Assembly: GCA_964402565.1 (NCBI GenBank)
Contig: CAYOCJ010000001.1
Span: 288,079 to 352,078 of the forward strand
DNA from: an uncultured Gammaproteobacteria bacterium
GTDB taxonomy: Bacteria > Patescibacteriota > Patescibacteriia > UBA1558 > 2-01-FULL-52-15
Length of the DNA: 64,000 bases
Direction of reading: 5' to 3'
Shown here one piece after another: positions 10,114 to 20,445 of the stretch. Position 1 is the first letter of the stretch. Each line of letters starts with the position of its first letter. Under the pieces are notes generated by a model. That model worked only from the letters and a program-made list of their open reading frames with translations. It did no database searches and had not been told where the DNA came from. A program made the position numbers and the translations under genes.

Positions 10114-10482
10114 ATGCGCATCTGGGACATCCATCCTCGTCATTTATGTCGTAAACATTTGCTTGCAGAGCATCGTGAATTGCATGGCCTTTGGAATATC
10201 CTTACCAAGCATGGCGGCAAAGGCGGCTATTCGCGCCATCCTGAGACCTTGCGCTGGGTCGGGAAAACAAGAGCATTGTATGATCGGCATCAGGCACTGG
10301 TGAAAGAATTTGAACGACGCGGCTATCATCATCACACACCGCTCAATGCAAAGTTAGCTCGCGGATCACGGAAGCAGAATATCTTTATCAATACAGTGAG
10401 TGAGCAGAAGAAGATTTTACATCAGAAAGGCTGTGAATGTCTGGCTCATGTGCAGAGGGCTATCCGTAGCCGTATGATCTGA
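10114..10482 (+). CDS. pyrimidine dimer DNA glycosylase / T4 endonuclease V-like (Pyr_excise family)
   Basis: HLLAEHRELHGLWNILTKH and ALYDRHQALVKEFERRGY align with T4 DenV HLMAEYRELPRVFGAVRKH / [25 protein letters not shown] (from memory). Confidence 0.7.
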   Translation: MRIWDIHPRHLCRKHLLAEHRELHGLWNILTKHGGKGGYSRHPETLRWVGKTRALYDRHQALVKEFERRGYHHHTPLNAKLARGSRKQNIFINTVSEQKKILHQKGCECLAHVQRAIRSRMI

Positions 10483-10494
10483 TATACTTATCCT

Positions 10495-10782
10495 ATGTCA
10501 GAATTATCACATGAAATGGCCGGTATTGTGGAAGGTGCAGCACTCGTAGAGCTGGCTGATAGCGGTGCTGTGCATGGAGTATTTACTGACCTTGCGCAAG
10601 CCACAGGCGCGCATGGCGTAGAGTTTGCGCCGAATGCAGTCGAGGGCGTTTCTCACATTGCTGAAAATCTTGTTGATACGGCACAGGGCTTAGTATTGCC
10701 AGTGGCTACGGTTTTGCTCATGTATGCAGGTTTGAAAAAAATGTTCGAAGGCGTAACCGGCACGCAGAGGAGGAGAGGATGA
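10495..10782 (+). CDS. small hypothetical protein
   Basis: 95-aa ORF, ATGA overlap with next ORF. Confidence 0.35.
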   Translation: MSELSHEMAGIVEGAALVELADSGAVHGVFTDLAQATGAHGVEFAPNAVEGVSHIAENLVDTAQGLVLPVATVLLMYAGLKKMFEGVTGTQRRRG

Positions 10783-11021
10783 GTACTGCGACCGCTGCCG
10801 CCATCGAGGAGCGCGATATTGAATTGCTCGATAAGATCGAGGCATCGATAGAGTCAGGATTGGATGAGACAAAAGCAATTGCCTTATTTGCTTCTTTTAC
10901 CAAAGACGAATATGACCGAATGATCGGGCTCTTTCGGAGCGAGCTCGAGAGCGGTCTGGATGATGATACGAAGGATAAGCTGCTTATGGTTTTGGAAAAA
11001 TTGCGGGATGTAAAAAAGTAA
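10779..11021 (+). CDS. small acidic helical hypothetical protein
   Basis: 80-aa ORF translationally coupled to previous one. Confidence 0.35.
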   Translation: MSTATAAAIEERDIELLDKIEASIESGLDETKAIALFASFTKDEYDRMIGLFRSELESGLDDDTKDKLLMVLEKLRDVKK

Positions 11022-11142
11022 TTTTTTGACACACTGATCCGTATGACCCGGATGTTTGGCGCTACACTTTTTTTGAGACATGACGTAAGCTTAGGGTAGT
11101 TAGTACTGTGTGTTCTTTCATCTAACAGAGGAGGGAACGGCG

Positions 11143-11430
11143 ATGCAAAGGGTTTCGACGGTTCCTCGGTGTGAAGGAAAGCAGTGCAAGCGCACGAGAA
11201 CGAAGTTCACTGGCATTGCGTCGGTGGAATGGAAGGGGGAGAAGTATCTGCTCCTCCAATCGATCTGTCCGCTCTGTAAGCGATACTACGTCACAGGATT
11301 TACGCTGCAGTTCCTGAATGATGCGGCAGAGGTCGTGACTGACACAGAATTCGAGTTCCTTACAGAAGAGGACAAGCCCACAACCGAGATACAGCTCGAC
11401 CCCTCAGACGCCGGGATGACGATCAATTAG
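11143..11430 (+). CDS. small zinc-ribbon-like protein (CEGKQC ... CPLC)
   Basis: GGAGG RBS 7 nt upstream of ATG 11143. Terminator-like hairpin at 11441-11475. Confidence 0.4.
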   Translation: MQRVSTVPRCEGKQCKRTRTKFTGIASVEWKGEKYLLLQSICPLCKRYYVTGFTLQFLNDAAEVVTDTEFEFLTEEDKPTTEIQLDPSDAGMTIN

Positions 11431-11520
11431 GAGGACCCTCAGTAGGATGAGGCTATTCGGCAACGAATGGCCTCAGTTTTTTAAAGTATTGAGTTGGAAA
11501 GCTTTTGTGAATTTGAAAGA

Positions 11521-11568
11521 AAAAAAAGAGGCCTCGCGCGTCCGCTGGTGCGGATGATGCGCGAGGCC
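11521..11568 (-). terminator. rho-independent terminator for ygiC-like gene (GGCCTCGCGCG...GCGCGAGGCC plus U-run on minus strand)
   Basis: 10-bp GC stem 11530-11568 and A-run 11521-11527 on plus strand (U-run in minus transcript). Confidence 0.75.
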
Positions 11569-11581
11569 GTCCTGATCGGAT

Positions 11582-12727
11582 TTACTCGAACAGGTGAGGA
11601 ACGAACGAGGAACCGTTGTCCGTGACGAGTCCATCGGACTCACGGATGCCCATGCCGGCGGATTCGCCGTCGATCACCCATGAACCGATCACGGGCCACT
11701 TGCCGTCAATATTCGGGATCGACGCCAGGGCTTGGAAGACATAGCCTTCCTCGCCATAGCCGTCATCCTTGCTGCTCGTCGAGACGAAGTTCTGAACGAC
11801 CGTGATATTGGCGCCTTCTCGTGAGAGGAGGGGCTTTTTCACGTAGTCGGTGAGTCCGTTCGGCGAACCGAAGTAGGTCGGCAGCAAGTTCGGGTGGTCG
11901 GGATAGAGCTCCCAGAGGATAGGCAGGATCGCCTTGTTCGACCAGAGCATCTTCCAGGCCGGTTCGAGCCACTGCATCTTGTCGTGACTCGCGACCAGCC
12001 GGTCGGCGAATTGCTCGTGGATCAGCCATTCCCAGGGATAGAGCTTGAAGACCGAGGTCATGACATTCTCGTCGATGTCGACGAAGCGTCGCTGTTTCTT
12101 GTCCCAGCCGATGTCCTTCATGAGAATGCCTATGCCCTCGACGCCTGCCTCCTGCGCGGTGTCGCGTAGGTAGGTGACAGTCATCGTGTCTTCGGTCGCG
12201 TCATCGTCGACGTGAGCGAAGTAGACAGGACTGCCGGTCAGGTAGTCGCGGAGTTCCTTCCACTTGGCGACGAGCCGTTCGTGAATCGAGTTGAACTGAT
12301 CTGAGCTCTTGAAGCGATCCTTGAGCCAGTACCACTGGATCACCGCCGCTTCCAAGAGGCTCGTCGGGGTGTCCGCGTTGTACTCCAGCATCTTCGGAGG
12401 ATTCAAGCCGTCATAGGCGAGATCGAAGCGGCCGTAGATGGCCGGCGGCTCGGATTCCCAGGTGCTCTTGATGAGCGGTACAGCATGCGCCGGAATTCCC
12501 ATCCTCGCGAAGAGGTTCTGATCGATAATGTGCTGACCTGCGGCCAGGCACATCGCTTGGAGGTCGTTCGTCGCTTTCTCGAGCGCGTCGATCTGACGAG
12601 CATTGAACTCGTAGTAGGCGGCTTCGTTCCAGTAGGGACGCCCGTCAGCGTGTGTGTGATACGTGAGGCCGTATTGCTCGACCTCGGCTTGCCAATTCCT
12701 GCGCGGAGTGATGAGTTTGCGCTTCAT
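11582..12727 (-). CDS. glutathionylspermidine synthase-like pre-ATP-grasp protein (YgiC/YjfC family)
   Basis: RFDLAYDG, LEYNADTPTSLLEAA and overall GSP_synth-like pattern. ~59% GC, clearly above flanks. Confidence 0.75.
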   Translation of the reverse strand: MKRKLITPRRNWQAEVEQYGLTYHTHADGRPYWNEAAYYEFNARQIDALEKATNDLQAMCLAAGQHIIDQNLFARMGIPAHAVPLIKSTWESEPPAIYGRFDLAYDGLNPPKMLEYNADTPTSLLEAAVIQWYWLKDRFKSSDQFNSIHERLVAKWKELRDYLTGSPVYFAHVDDDATEDTMTVTYLRDTAQEAGVEGIGILMKDIGWDKKQRRFVDIDENVMTSVFKLYPWEWLIHEQFADRLVASHDKMQWLEPAWKMLWSNKAILPILWELYPDHPNLLPTYFGSPNGLTDYVKKPLLSREGANITVVQNFVSTSSKDDGYGEEGYVFQALASIPNIDGKWPVIGSWVIDGESAGMGIRESDGLVTDNGSSFVPHLFE

Positions 12728-12730
12728 GGC

Positions 12731-13078
12731 TTAGCTCGAGACCGAGTGACCGGAACCGATGCTGCCGAAGCCGCCGCGTGAAATGGTCGATGAGACATGC
12801 GGCGCCTCGAACGATCCGCCCGCGACATGCGAACCAGGAGCGTAGATGCCGGGCTTGGTCCCAGCGCGGGACATGTAGTACCAGTGGTAGAACGGGGTAT
12901 AGCCCGATCTGGCTTGCTGGTCCTTCTCGTCGTCCTCGCACTTCTTGCCGTCCACGACGACCTGATCTTTATCGACGCAAACCTTGTCGGTCTGGGCGAC
13001 CCCGCAAGCCGTGACGGCCAATGCCATCGCGGTCACGAGTGTGACTCGGACGTTTTTTGACTTGCGCTGACGTTTCAA
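12731..13078 (-). CDS. DUF1190/YgiB-like lipoprotein
   Basis: MKRQRKSKNVRVTLVTAMALAVTAC lipobox. WYYMSRAG and C-terminal TISRGGFGSIGSG resemble E. coli YgiB WMPLMAGYMMGR / TVTRGGFGES (from memory). Sits upstream of ygiC-like gene as in E. coli. Confidence 0.6.
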   Translation of the reverse strand: MKRQRKSKNVRVTLVTAMALAVTACGVAQTDKVCVDKDQVVVDGKKCEDDEKDQQARSGYTPFYHWYYMSRAGTKPGIYAPGSHVAGGSFEAPHVSSTISRGGFGSIGSGHSVSS

Positions 13079-13135
13079 TCCGCTTTCCTCCTTCAGAATG
13101 AAAACCCTCGAAGGGTTTTCGCTTATAGTTTCCTC

Positions 13136-13201
13136 GTTTGAGACGAGCTGTCTAGAAGTCTGCAGAGAGTTTTTTGAGAGACTTCCACACAGCTCGTCTC
13201 A
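13136..13201. repeat. nested inverted repeat (12-bp outer arms GAGACGAGCTGT/ACAGCTCGTCTC, inner GAAGTCT/AGACTTC, T6 in loop)
   Basis: Read directly. Lies in the divergent intergenic region between the ygiB-like gene and gyrB. Confidence 0.55.
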
Positions 13202-13313
13202 CCTTTAAAAGTACTTTTTATACAATTATATATAATAGGATATATATGGCATTTTGTCAAGTTTCTAAAAGAAATCGTTTTACTAAAAATGTCTTGTAAA
13301 AGTCCTATTTTTT

Positions 13314-13322
13314 TGCTATACT
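13314..13322 (+). promoter_or_regulatory. extended -10 promoter element TGCTATACT upstream of gyrB
   Basis: Same TGnGCTATACT-type motif recurs at 47583, 57960, 63368 and 32876 (minus). AT-rich context. Confidence 0.35.
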
Positions 13323-13398
13323 GGAATAGTAACTTTTTAGCTTATTTTAGCTTAAAAAATGGCTAAAATGAGCGTCTGAAATTCCATTATTTTTTTAG

Positions 13399-15453
<2,055 letters not shown>

Positions 15454-15458
15454 ACTAC

Positions 15459-15806
15459 ATGCCCGTTATCATCACCTTTTTACTATTGCTGCCAGTCGCC
15501 TACTATCTTGCAGTGACTGGCAAGAGTTCAGTCGCATCGCTATTGCCGTGGAGCCAGGCATTGCGATCTATCATCGCCGGCAATATGCTGGTCGCCAATA
15601 GCATAGCAACGGCAGTGTCGTGCATCGGTCTGATAGCATCTGGCGCAAGCGTTTTGTTCGTACGAGGCAAGACCTTGGTCGTTGGCAGTAAAAAAACCTT
15701 GATTGTCTTCAGTGCACTTTTCTTGGTATGTAGCATAGTGCTGATCATGCGCTTATTCCACCTTGCTGAGCCGTATTTAGTTGCATTCGCACACAGGAAA
15801 CATTAG
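15459..15806 (+). CDS. hypothetical membrane protein
   Basis: Three hydrophobic helices. 6 nt after gyrB stop. Confidence 0.45.
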   Translation: MPVIITFLLLLPVAYYLAVTGKSSVASLLPWSQALRSIIAGNMLVANSIATAVSCIGLIASGASVLFVRGKTLVVGSKKTLIVFSALFLVCSIVLIMRLFHLAEPYLVAFAHRKH

Positions 15807-15910
15807 CGTTGCCTAAAGCGTTTTTTTCTGATATAGTAGCTATGTTAATGGCCTTTCGAGGCCGTTTTAAAATACTTTAAGCCATATAGTGGCTAACGTT
15901 AGATAAAAAA

Positions 15911-16096
15911 ATGAACAAATTATTTACCTATTTGAAGGAATCACGCGCTGAACTCGGCAAAGTGGTTTGGCCATCTCGTAAGGAAGCCCGGGATCACACG
16001 GTACTCGTTATCGTGGTATCGGTTGGCGTGGCGCTGTTCCTCGGTGCGATCGACTATCTGCTGGAGCAGGGCGTTGTTAACTTTATCGTAAAATAA
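15911..16096 (+). CDS. secE: preprotein translocase subunit SecE
   Basis: 61 aa, single C-terminal TM. Position immediately before nusG. Confidence 0.8.
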   Translation: MNKLFTYLKESRAELGKVVWPSRKEARDHTVLVIVVSVGVALFLGAIDYLLEQGVVNFIVK

Positions 16097-16103
16097 AAAA
16101 ACT

Positions 16104-16649
16104 ATGCCGAAGCAAAGTCAACAACTCGGGCGCCGCTGGTATGTGATACATACCTATTCAGGCTATGAAGAAAATGTAGCGCGCAACCTGAAACAGCGCA
16201 TCGAATCTATGGATATGGAAGATAAGATTTTTGACGTCCTGATTCCTACCGAAACGAAGATCAAGATCAAAAACGGCAAGCGCCGCACGGTCCGCGAGAA
16301 AATCTTTCCGGGGTATGTGCTGGTCAGCATGATCGTGACCGACGCGTCATGGTATGTGGTGCGCAATACGCCGAATGTCACTGGCTTCATCGGATCTGGA
16401 ACGACCCCGACGCCGGTCTCCGAAGAAGAGATCTCAGCATTGCGCCAGCGCATGGGCGTTGAGGAGCCGGAGTATAAGATCGATGTGAGTGAAGGCACTG
16501 CGGTGAAGATCGTCGATGGACCATTCAAGAATTATGAAGGAAAAGTTGCTTCGGTTGATTCATCGCGCGGTAAGGTCAAAGTACTGGTGTCGATGTTCGG
16601 ACGTGAAACCCCTGTTGAGTTAGATTTCTTACAAATTAAGAAAGTTTAA
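16104..16649 (+). CDS. nusG: transcription termination/antitermination factor NusG
   Basis: [15 protein letters not shown] domain and C-terminal KOW (GKVASVD). Confidence 0.9.
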   Translation: MPKQSQQLGRRWYVIHTYSGYEENVARNLKQRIESMDMEDKIFDVLIPTETKIKIKNGKRRTVREKIFPGYVLVSMIVTDASWYVVRNTPNVTGFIGSGTTPTPVSEEEISALRQRMGVEEPEYKIDVSEGTAVKIVDGPFKNYEGKVASVDSSRGKVKVLVSMFGRETPVELDFLQIKKV

Positions 16650-16687
16650 TAATTCTTGCGCGCCTCTCGCGAGAGAATCATTATCAT

Positions 16688-17113
16688 ATGGCAAAAGCAG
16701 TTAAAGCATTAGTCAAATTACAGTTACCCGGAGGGGGAGCGACTCCTGCGCCGCCAGTTGGAACAGCTCTTGGACCCCATGGCGTCAATATCCAGCAATT
16801 TGTCACGCAGTTCAACGACGCGACAAAGGATAAACGGGGCGATGTGATCCCGATCGTTCTGACGATCTATGAAGATCGTACGTTCGATTTCATCATGAAA
16901 ACACCGCCGGCTTCAGAACTTCTGAAGAAAGCCGCCGGGATCGCGAAAGGTTCAGGCAAGCCGTTACAGGAAAAGGTAGGCAGCGTGACTCGTGAACAAG
17001 TTCGAAAAATTGCTGAAGTGAAAATGCCTGACCTCAATGCCCATGACATCGAAGCGGCAATGAAGATCATCGAAGGCACTGCCCGTCAGATGGGCTTGAC
17101 CGTCAAAGGTTAG
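16688..17113 (+). CDS. rplK: 50S ribosomal protein L11
   Basis: [25 protein letters not shown] hallmark. Confidence 0.95.
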   Translation: MAKAVKALVKLQLPGGGATPAPPVGTALGPHGVNIQQFVTQFNDATKDKRGDVIPIVLTIYEDRTFDFIMKTPPASELLKKAAGIAKGSGKPLQEKVGSVTREQVRKIAEVKMPDLNAHDIEAAMKIIEGTARQMGLTVKG

Positions 17114-17130
17114 ATCAATTAATAGACGTG

Positions 17131-17153
17131 GGACCCGCCCTGGGCGGGGTTTG
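17131..17153 (+). promoter_or_regulatory. short GC hairpin (CCCGCCC-TGG-GCGGGG, then TTTG) between rplK and rplA, possible attenuator or L1 autoregulatory site
   Basis: Read directly. Function inferred from position only. Confidence 0.3.
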
Positions 17154-17172
17154 CACCACAAAACGAACTACT

Positions 17173-17856
17173 ATGAATGTAAGCAAGCGTTTGAAGGAGG
17201 CACGGGGTAAGATAGACCCGAAAAAGACCTATGAATTGGGCGAAGCAGTGAATTTGGTCAAAGACACAGCGAAGGTTAAATTCGACGCGAGCGTCGAGCT
17301 ACATGTGAACCTTGGCATCGACGCGAAGAAAAGCGACCAGATGGTGCGTTCAGTCGTCTCATTGCCGCATGGCACTGGCAAGGAAGTGCGTGTCGCAGCC
17401 TTTGTATCTGAAGACGATGTGCCCAAAGCAAAAGCTGCAGGAGCTTCGATCGCTGGCAGCACTGATCTGATCGAAGAGATCAAGAAAACCGGTAAATGCG
17501 ATTTCGATGTAGCTGTGGCAACGCCGGATATGATGAAGAACTTAGCTGCAGTGGCGCGTATTCTCGGTCAGAAAGGCTTGATGCCTAATCCGAAGACCGG
17601 GACCATCGCTCCTGATGTCACGAAACTTATCAAGGAACTCAAGACCGGCAAGGTTTCATTTAAAAATGATGCGAGCGGTGTGATCCACGTCGCTGTCGGG
17701 AAATCTTCATTTCCTCAAGAGCATTTGTCCGCGAATATCCAGATGATCATGGAAGCTATCCATAAAGCAAAGCCGCAGGGCATGAAAGGAAATCTCATCA
17801 AAAGCGTGTATTTGGCAAGCTCGATGGGCCCGAGCGTGAAAGTCGCATTATCGTAA
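17173..17856 (+). CDS. rplA: 50S ribosomal protein L1
   Basis: VNLGIDAKKSDQMVR, LPHGTGKEVRVAAF. Start MNVSKRLKE chosen. Confidence 0.9.
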   Translation: MNVSKRLKEARGKIDPKKTYELGEAVNLVKDTAKVKFDASVELHVNLGIDAKKSDQMVRSVVSLPHGTGKEVRVAAFVSEDDVPKAKAAGASIAGSTDLIEEIKKTGKCDFDVAVATPDMMKNLAAVARILGQKGLMPNPKTGTIAPDVTKLIKELKTGKVSFKNDASGVIHVAVGKSSFPQEHLSANIQMIMEAIHKAKPQGMKGNLIKSVYLASSMGPSVKVALS

Positions 17857-17879
17857 CCTGATATTTCAGAAGATTTAAA

Positions 17880-17917
17880 ACCCGCCCTCCAGCTTTGCTG
17901 GAGGGCGGGTTTGTTTA
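17880..17917 (+). terminator. rho-independent terminator after rplA (CCCGCCCTCCAGC / GCTGGAGGGCGGG plus TTTGTTT)
   Basis: 13-bp perfect stem. A-run upstream makes it potentially bidirectional (HAD gene converges). Confidence 0.85.
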
Positions 17918-17973
17918 TAAAAGCAAAGACCCCTGCAACATGCATGTACATGCGGCAGGGGTCCGGTTTCAGC

Positions 17974-18609
17974 TCAGAAAGGGATTTCGAGTTCCTCGCC
18001 CAGGAATTTCCGGGCGAGAAGGGCGTCTTCGAAGAGGTGTGCAGCAAACCCGTAGTCGCGGGCAGCCGCGACATTCTCAGGGCGGTCATCGATGAAGATC
18101 GCGTCATGCGGGAGAACGCCGAGGCGTTCGAGCGCGATGTCGTAGATCTGGCGTTCGGGCTTGATGAAGCCCACGTCGCAGGAGTACACAACTTCGTCGA
18201 ACGGCTCGTGGATGCCGAACCCTTCGACCACCTTGACCGACGCCGAATCGATGTTCGAGATGATGCCGGTTTTGTATCCCATGCTCTTCAGGCGCCGCAC
18301 GGTGCCGATCATTATCGGGTTTGGTTCGTTCAAGCCCTGGCTGGCCCAGCGGATGGGACTCGTTTCCTCGTGACCTCGCGCAGGGAGCTGGGCATCGATC
18401 TTGCCGCAGACGATCCGCCAGAAACGCTCTTCCGAAATGGTGCCGCGTTGCAAGTCTTGGACATGACCGCGTTCGAGATCGTCGAACTCTTCGACGGTAA
18501 CGCCGATTTCGTCTGCGAGACGCTTTTGCATCTCAGGCCAGATGTCTTTCAGCAGTACGCCGCCGATGTCGAAGATGACCGCGGTCCTACGCCTCTTCGG
18601 TTCCGTCAT
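17974..18609 (-). CDS. HAD-superfamily hydrolase
   Basis: AVIFDIGGVL (motif I) and IFIDDRPENV (motif IV). Start at MTEPKRRR. ATGA overlap with upstream small ORF. ~57% GC. Confidence 0.75.
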   Translation of the reverse strand: MTEPKRRRTAVIFDIGGVLLKDIWPEMQKRLADEIGVTVEEFDDLERGHVQDLQRGTISEERFWRIVCGKIDAQLPARGHEETSPIRWASQGLNEPNPIMIGTVRRLKSMGYKTGIISNIDSASVKVVEGFGIHEPFDEVVYSCDVGFIKPERQIYDIALERLGVLPHDAIFIDDRPENVAAARDYGFAAHLFEDALLARKFLGEELEIPF

Positions 18610-18830
18610 GAAGCCTCCGCAGATGAAAGGGGTTTTGCAGACTGGAATGCTCTCGAGCCGCAGTGTTTGCACCTTCTGCATTCGCTGCAGAAATCCATGG
18701 TTTTGTTGCAGGTCTTGCAACCCGTCCGATAGATCGTTCTTCGCAACGTGCCGTTGCAGAAACTGCACTTCGACATCTTGAAGTGCAACCGCGGACCGTC
18801 TCGTCCAGGTATCTTCAGAATCGACTTCAT
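18606..18830 (-). CDS. small double zinc-ribbon protein (4 CxxC pairs)
   Basis: CSFC, CKTC, CSEC, CKHC. Translationally coupled to HAD gene. Alternative frame of the 303-aa ORF rejected. Confidence 0.5.
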   Translation of the reverse strand: MKSILKIPGRDGPRLHFKMSKCSFCNGTLRRTIYRTGCKTCNKTMDFCSECRRCKHCGSRAFQSAKPLSSAEAS

Positions 18831-18978
18831 GCCTGCCTCCTTTTTTGAGCTTGTATTGATGTGAAAAAGGACAGATATCTGACAAGACTAAGTATTTTTA
18901 TAAAACTTGTCAATAAGCACTAAAATTGGCCTAATAGTTCATTGCATGACTGTGGCAGTTTTGATAGTATGAAGACCT

Positions 18979-19473
18979 ATGAACACATCCACAAAACATG
19001 CTCGTCCGACATGGGACGAGTACTTTAATCAGATCAAAGAAATAGTCGCGAGCCGCGGGACATGCGACCGGGGATATAGCGGTTGCGTCATTGTGCGCGA
19101 CAAACATATTCTCACCACCGGCTATGTCGGCTCGCCTCCGGGTTTGCCGCATTGTGATGAGGCCGGGCATCTGATGATGAAGGTTCTGGACGAAAAAGGT
19201 GAACCGCATCAGCATTGCATTCGCACGACGCATGCTGAATCGAATGCGATAGCTCAGGCTGCGCGCTTCGGCGTTTCGCTTGCCGGTGCGACGGTGTATT
19301 GCAAAATGGAACCATGCCAGGCATGCGCGAAAATGATCATCGCCACCGGTATTGTCCGGGTCGTTGCAGAAAAACGTTATCACGGAGCCGGTATGACGCG
19401 CGATATGTTCAAGGAAGCCGGCATCAAGCTCGACGTGCTGAATGATGAACTTCAGAAATACGAGAACCAGTAA
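18979..19473 (+). CDS. comEB: dCMP deaminase (ComEB/CMP-dCMP deaminase zinc-binding)
   Basis: HAESNAI and CKMEPCQACAKMI motifs. Confidence 0.85.
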   Translation: MNTSTKHARPTWDEYFNQIKEIVASRGTCDRGYSGCVIVRDKHILTTGYVGSPPGLPHCDEAGHLMMKVLDEKGEPHQHCIRTTHAESNAIAQAARFGVSLAGATVYCKMEPCQACAKMIIATGIVRVVAEKRYHGAGMTRDMFKEAGIKLDVLNDELQKYENQ

Positions 19474-19474
19474 T

Positions 19475-20026
19475 ATGCCGAAAGTCATCATCGGAGTCGT
19501 AGGCAAGATGGCCTCAGGTAAGGGCACCATCGCTTCATATTTGAAAGAGAATTACAAGGCTGCTGATTTTCGTTTTTCGACGATACTTCGCTCGCTCCTT
19601 GATCGCCTGCATAAGCCGCACACACGCGAATACTTGCAGGATATTTCGACCGCGTTACGGGGTGTTTTCGGCGAAGACTTACTCGCAGAAGTTATGGCAT
19701 CTGACGTCATGGCATCGCAGTCGCCTGTCGTTGTCGTTGAAGGCATCAGGCGCCCTGCAGACATCGCCCATCTACAACAGGTTCCTGGTTTTATGCTTAT
19801 CGCTGTAGATGCGCCCGAAGAAGTGCGCTATTCGCGCTATGTAGAACGCGCTGAGAATCCTGGCGATGCAGAGATGACGATTGAACGATGGCGCGAGCGC
19901 TCCCAAGCTGAAACTGAGCTTCTGATCCCTGAAGTGATGAAGAGCGCGGAGGTCATTTGGGACAATGGAGGCTCAAAAGATGATCTGTATGTACAGATAG
20001 ATAGATTTATGAAAAAGCATGCTTAG
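19475..20026 (+). CDS. P-loop nucleotide/nucleoside kinase (possible dNMP kinase, dephospho-CoA-kinase-like fold)
   Basis: VIIGVVGKMASGKGT Walker A. Context between dCMP deaminase and dUTPase. Confidence 0.45.
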   Translation: MPKVIIGVVGKMASGKGTIASYLKENYKAADFRFSTILRSLLDRLHKPHTREYLQDISTALRGVFGEDLLAEVMASDVMASQSPVVVVEGIRRPADIAHLQQVPGFMLIAVDAPEEVRYSRYVERAENPGDAEMTIERWRERSQAETELLIPEVMKSAEVIWDNGGSKDDLYVQIDRFMKKHA

Positions 20027-20444
20027 CGTAAAGGTAAAAAGATTGAATCCTGACGCGCGCCTCCCGTATTATGACCATCCAGGCGACGCGGGGCTTGCTA
20101 TGCATGCGCTCGAAGGAAAAACGCTGCATCCTGGTGAACGGTTCGTTTTTAATTGCGGGTGGGCGCTTGAATTTCCTGAAGGATATGTTGCGGTCGTCTG
20201 GGACCGCGGGAGTGTCGGTGTGATGAAGGGTTTGAAGACTATGGGCGGAGTCTTTGATGCGAACTACCGTGGCGAATATAATGTGTGCCTGGTAAATCTT
20301 TCGAATGAACTATATGAAGTGAAGCCTGGTGATAAGGTAGCGCAGCTGGTTATCGTGCCTATCGCTCAGGCTGCATTTGAGGAAGTAAGCGAGTTAAGCG
20401 ATTCAAGCAGAGGCAGTGACCGGTTCGGTTCAACGGGGAGATAG
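20019..20444 (+). CDS. dut: dUTP diphosphatase
   Basis: DAGLAMHA, RGSVGV, GDKVAQLVI, SSRGSDRFGSTG dUTPase motifs. Confidence 0.85.
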   Translation: MLSVKVKRLNPDARLPYYDHPGDAGLAMHALEGKTLHPGERFVFNCGWALEFPEGYVAVVWDRGSVGVMKGLKTMGGVFDANYRGEYNVCLVNLSNELYEVKPGDKVAQLVIVPIAQAAFEEVSELSDSSRGSDRFGSTGR

Positions 20445-20445
20445 T

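Noticed and set aside
17911-18732. 273-aa plus-strand ORF
   Set aside because: Antisense to the HAD hydrolase gene, which has clear DxD and DD motifs. Arg/Asp-rich shadow ORF.
18609-18885. N-terminal 92-aa extension of the 303-aa minus ORF
   Set aside because: HAD domain starts at Met93. The alternative frame encodes a Cys-rich zinc-ribbon protein ending ATGA at that Met, which is a more parsimonious two-gene arrangement. Not certain.
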